Source of the DNA: an uncultured Planctomycetales bacterium
Lineage (GTDB): Bacteria > Omnitrophota > Gorgyraeia > Zapsychrales > Fredricksoniimonadaceae
Assembly: GCA_964572155.1 (NCBI GenBank)
Contig: CAZNDZ010000001.1
Span: 143,300-207,299, forward strand
Reading direction: 5' to 3'
DNA: 64,000 nucleotides
The stretch's first letter is position 1. Every line of letters begins with the position of its first letter. Positions 56,601 through 62,600 of this stretch are shown here, one piece after another. The translations under genes and the position numbers were made by a program. The notes below the pieces were generated by a model. The model did no database searches, had not been told where the DNA came from, and saw only the letters and a list, made by a program, of their open reading frames with translations.

Positions 56601-59600
56601 GTCGATCGCAAACCATGCTTTAGGTTTACCTAAATGATCTTCTTCCGTTGTGATGCGTAAATTTGGCGTCTGATATTGAGCAAGAACGCCATTTAATTGC
56701 AATGTCTTATCTGATAACTTCGCTGTGCCAACAACCACGCTTTTATTTGCTGCTGTTAAAAGGTTTCCTAAACGATCAAACAAATAAACTCTATTATCAA
56801 GAATACGGTAATAGTAGATTGGGCGTTCTGCCTTGTCATTTGTTCCAATGATAGCCGTTCCAGTATATTCAAATACTCTATTGTTCTTATCACGCTGACC
56901 ATCGAAGTACCCTGGGTGATAATAGAATTCAATATTGATATCCCCTGCATCATTGATACCTATCACGCGTTGGGTTGCCCCATTTACAAGTTTCCTTGCA
57001 ATGATTTGGCTGTTTTCAATAACGCCTCTGATTGCAATCACATTCATCTTCACAGCTTGGGCGACATTGGCTAATACTGTGCCATCTTCGCTGAACTTGT
57101 ACACCGTCGATAACTTGCCTTTACCAATAAACTCGATTTCGTATGCATGCTTTTCTTCTGAAGATTTATAGATGTATGCCAAGATGCGATTGTCATTTAA
57201 GGAAACCAATTGACCCTTGATGGACTTGCCTTCATTTTCAATGTTCCAGATAAGCATCAGCGACGTGTTCTTCAATGCTTTAACTTCAACAGCGTCACCT
57301 TTGAGTCTAATATTTGGTTGCACAAGGGTGTATGTAACTTTCTCAGTCTTTACATCAACACGTTTAACCAAGGTGCCTGTTTTTTGGAAGCCATTGAATT
57401 CACCGTTATACTTCGTGCGATATAAATTAGCGGTCCATTCATAGTTAACCTTGCCATTCTTTAAGGTCATTTCAAATTCTTTATCTTGGAACAAATCTTC
57501 AAAAACAAACACACCAGGTTTCTTAGTTGGGTAAACATATGCAGACGTTGCGCCATTCGGGCTTAAGCGCACGATACGAACAACATTTTTGGTGTTAAAC
57601 GAGGTTTTTAATAAATCAACAACAGGAACAAAAACCGTTCCTTTGAGCTTACTGTCATATTGAACCAAGAAATTCTCATCCATGAATTGACCGATGCGCG
57701 CTTGAGCCATTGGGGACACGATTTCTTTGGCAATGATCATAGATGGTTGCTTAGCTGCATCTACATCGACGATCGCAACTAACACTTGTTTGCCTTTTTC
57801 GTCTTTGAATGCTTGCTTCTTTAAACCATTTTTAATCCATGCCACAAATTCTTGCTTAGTGACAAAACCCATCCACATTTCGCCTTGCTTATTGCGCTTC
57901 AACATATACGCAACATTCGCATCATTAGCTAACTTATTAAACGCTGCTAATGCACCCTTTGTATTGGCATTGACCAAGGCGGAATATTCTTCGACTTCGG
58001 CGCGGTATTTAGCTAATTCGGCTGTTTGGCCTTTGACGGTTAGGTCGATTAAGATTAATGAATCACTGTTTAATTGCTTGGCATCGTTAGGTAAGACCAC
58101 CATGGCGTCCCCGCTGCCTAAGTTCAAGCGTGCTTTGTAACCGCTCTTGGCATAGAAGTAATTGTCACCTTCTTTGGTGATGCCTGTTCCAACAAACTCT
58201 TCTGCTTTCATAAATTTCAACACGCGAATGGCTGGCTTTAAGGCATTGTAATCACTGACGCTGACTGCCTTTGGTAATTTACCGTCGGTGAATCTTGCTG
58301 TTGCATACGCTTCACCGCTGATCGCTGCTTGTTCTGCGAATGAAGCCTTGGATTGTAAGATGACAATCTCACCATTTAACGTGCGTAAATATTCTTGTGG
58401 CTTGGCTGCTGGGATGGTGCTTGTGGCAAACAATGGTTTTTCAGTTGTGTAAATGTCTCTTGGGATATTGATAAATAAATCCGACCCAATCTCTGCACGT
58501 CTGAACTTAAACGCATCATTAAAGACATTGTCTAAGTTATCTTTATTAATATCAAAGGGCTTAATGCTCGTGTCTGGTGTTAAACGATGGGACATGCTGA
58601 CATTTAATGACTTACCTGTTGGGTCAATCGTAATGCCTGCTTGAACGCGATTACCAAACACATCAAAGTTATATTCACCGCTAATGCTGTTCTTACCGTC
58701 GATAACATTGATCCTACCGCTGAAGTTATTGTAAGCAGCGTTTAATCCAAAGCGGCTTGAACCTGCTTCAACAGCGATGCGAACGTCTTTGACGTTGATA
58801 TCTGCACCAACGGAACCAAATGTTTTATATGCAATCCCACCAAAATGGCTTTCAGCTTCTCTATTTAAGAAGATCTTAAAGGCAACATCGGCTTCACCAG
58901 TTTTAATGCCGCCAAGTTCAACACCAGCGCGTGTGAAACCAATCGCATTAGCTGCTTGTAATGGGATGCTAGCACCAATTAATTGTTGGCCTGTGTAGAA
59001 ATCTGTGATTTGAACATTGCTCAATGACTTTGCCGTTGACCCTGCTAAGCCGCCTTCTAAAATCAACTTAAAGTTTTCTGCGATTTTATAATCAAAAGCC
59101 ATATGCAAGCCAGCTGTTCTTGTGCTGCTGGTGTTATTGACATTGCCACTGCCGTCAAAAATTATACCTGCCACAGAAATTGTGTATTTCTCGCCTTGCA
59201 TACCTAAGGCATTACCAATAACTTTGTAGGTACGTTGCACACCAATGCCTGCAGCGCCGAATTGTTGTTGGAACTGATCTTCTTTAATCAAGCCCACAAT
59301 CAATTCATTGACCAACTTCGCTTGGTTTTCAGTTAAGGTAATGCTCCAAATGCCATAGCGTTGATTGATGTGTTCGGCTTGCAAGGTGCCGACATACGCT
59401 GCTGAGTTACCAAAAATTTGATTTACAGCAAATTGATAGTCGGTATTACGGTTGCCGACGTTGGTTTGCTTGATCGCCATCTCAAGGAAGCTTTGTGGTG
59501 TTGTGCCGTTGATCGTGACGTTAATCGATTTACCATTTGGCATCAAGACGCTGCTTGGGCTGGTTGGTAACGCTGGCACTGTGCCATTATTTGCTTTAAT

Positions 59601-62600
59601 CACATCTTGAAGGGCGCGTGCTGCAGCTTCAACATTATCCTTCAAGGTAGCTGTCTTATCTTGGGCTGCTGTTAATTTTTGATTCTGTGCTGATTGCGCC
59701 ACAACCGCACGACCCCAATTACCTAAACCTGCCACAATACCACGATGAGGATCAGCCACGCCTATTCTTGCGACATATTGCTCTAACGCTTTTTGGATAT
59801 TCGCTAAGGTATATTCTGTATAGCTTTGATTATTTCCTAAAATCGACGATGTAAAGGTGACCAATTGGCTTAAGCTCTGTGCTTGCTCTCTTAAAAGGGC
59901 TATGTCATGGGTGATTAAAATGATCTTACGTGCTTTAACTTGCTCGGGTGTTTCGCCGGCTGGATTTTGATAGTACGCAGCGTCCTTAAGTAAATCTGGG
60001 ATTTGTTCGGTCGTGATAAAGGTGGCACGTTTTTGTAAATTAACGATTTGCGACTTCAAGGCTGGGATGAATTCAGCCTTCGTACTCGGATTATCAATGA
60101 TTGATTGGATATACTTGATGCTAAGTGGTATCGCAACATTGACTTGGAAATTTAAGTAAGCATTACCAGATACAATCTCGCTCTGAGCAACTACGGGGAC
60201 GGCGTTTGTCCAATCAGCAACAGTTTGCGTTGTAGTAAATGCCAAATTCAAAATCGATGCTGTTTCAACATTGATCTCTGTATAAAGCTGGCTAACCAAC
60301 TTCTTTTGAATCAAGCGTTCACGCATGAATTGTTGGCCAATACCACCACGTGTGGTCGCTTCAATATCCATGTTTGCTGCAACCTTAGCTGCAGGGATAA
60401 ATTGATCTCTTTCTTTAATGGATTTAACAATTAAACGCTCGATGATTTGTCGAACATCGCTGCTTACAGGAAGACTTGCATATACTTGGCGTTGTTGTGT
60501 TAAATATGCGATTTGGGCTGATAATTCGGGAACGCGTGTATCAAAATATGCCAATGATGCACGAGCACTTGCCGTTGATTCAAACAAGCCATCGATGTCA
60601 ATAACTTGATTGCCGACGACATAAATATTATATACGCGCAATACTTCCGCATAATCTGTCTGTGATTGTGCTGCTAAGGCATTTGCTGCCAAGCGATCAG
60701 ATGCCTTGAAACCTAATGCTTGAGGGATGGTTGCTGTGGCATTAGGCAAAGCATTGATCTTAACTAACTCCGCTTCTTTCGTATTGATTTGATCAATGAG
60801 CGCATTATAGTTTTGTTGACTAAATGGATCACTTAACCCTGTCGATGCCTTCTTATAATCTGCGATGACATCTGCTAAAGCGCCACGCACATCTTGTTGC
60901 GCTTTGTTTAAAAAGTTTTGGTAATACGTTTGCGCACTTGGTGTCAATTTATCAAGTGCTTGTTTTGCTGCTTGTTGCGCCACAAAATCTAAGATGGCCA
61001 TCGTCGCATCGGTTTGCACGTGGGCTTGGGCAGCGGCCTTAAGGATGGCGTTGACTGCGACATTCTTTGAAACATCGATGCCTGCTTGTGCATCCTTAAC
61101 AGCCTTCTCAATATTTAATGCTGCTTGATATTCTAAAACTGCTTGTGTGTATGCTTCTTTGCGCGCCAAAATTTCTTTATGTTGCGCTTCTGCCTTAATC
61201 TTTAAGGCATCTAATTCTTGACGGGTCTTACCATAAGTAAAGCTTGGCACGATGCCGTAATCTTTTTCCATCAATGGCAAGCTGTTTAAAATTACCAATT
61301 CACCCGTATCTGAGTTCTTGGTAAAGGCGATGTTTTTGCCTGTATCTTTGAGTGGTGACACATATTGAGCGCCTGTGCCTAAGACCATGAATTCTTTGCC
61401 TTCTTCTAAACCGAAGCCCTTGGTAATCACGCGTGGTGCGGGCAATCCAGCTTCTTTGGCCACATTCACCATATGCACAAAATCTTCACCCGCTATGCCG
61501 TATTGACGAATGAATTCATTAGCACTACCTTCTTCAACGGATTGAGCTGCCAATTCTAATTCGAGCATTTCTTTAGGACTGTAAATATTTTTGGTCTCAA
61601 GATTGCGATAGGTTTGACCAATCACAGTGCGATCTGCCTTGATCACAAGACCAACACGGCCAGCGTCTTGATATACTTCTGCACCCTTTGGCATCTTAAA
61701 AGAGATGGCTTTAACGATGGTGCTTTCGAACGTTTCATTTAATTCTACCGATTTAACATCTAACGTGGCTAATGGCACATCGAATTTATATGAAAACGCC
61801 AAGCCATTCATGGTGGCTTCGTTTAGCATCAAAATCTTTTTGCCTTGCATCATCACAACCACATTATCACCCTTTGATCCGTCGATGATAACGCTCACAT
61901 CTTTATGTTCACTTGGGACGGCGTCATAGACGCGAGCCAATTCATTGCGAATATTGGTATTCTTTAAACTTTCTGGGTTGTGCACAATACGCTCATTCTT
62001 GGCATTACGCACATTGCTTTCCACGACCGTTGAAACAACAACGGGTTGTTCCAAGGTTACGGCTGTTTTACCTTCGACGCTGTTTAATCCTTCTTGTGTG
62101 ACAACTCCTAACAACGTGGTTGGAGTCCAAATCACTGCTGCATTGGTTGTATTATTAAAGCTGAAACTATCTTTGATGGCTTCTGGTGAGAAGACGATCA
62201 TCTTAAGCGCTTGTTTGCCGCTTTCATATTTACCGACGGAAGCAACCCCTACATCAGCCCAGGTCTTTTTACCATTAACCAACATCAAACGTTCGCGCAT
62301 TGCAAATGGGGTTGTATCTTCATAATACAATTGATCAACGCGCATGGTTAACACATCAACCGTACCTGCTAGAACACGACGACCAAATTCATCATACCCC
62401 GTCTTTAAGGCTCTGACCTTGACGATATTTTCCATATCTAATAATGAAGGCACATATGAAACAACGCCTTCTGGATTCTTCACATAATTTTCATCGTGAT
62501 TCAATGCACGAAACGCTTCATAAATACCCTTGTTGGTCCCTGCTGCCAATTCTTTCTTGTTAATGATAAGCCCGCGGGTCATAAACATCTTGTTCACATA

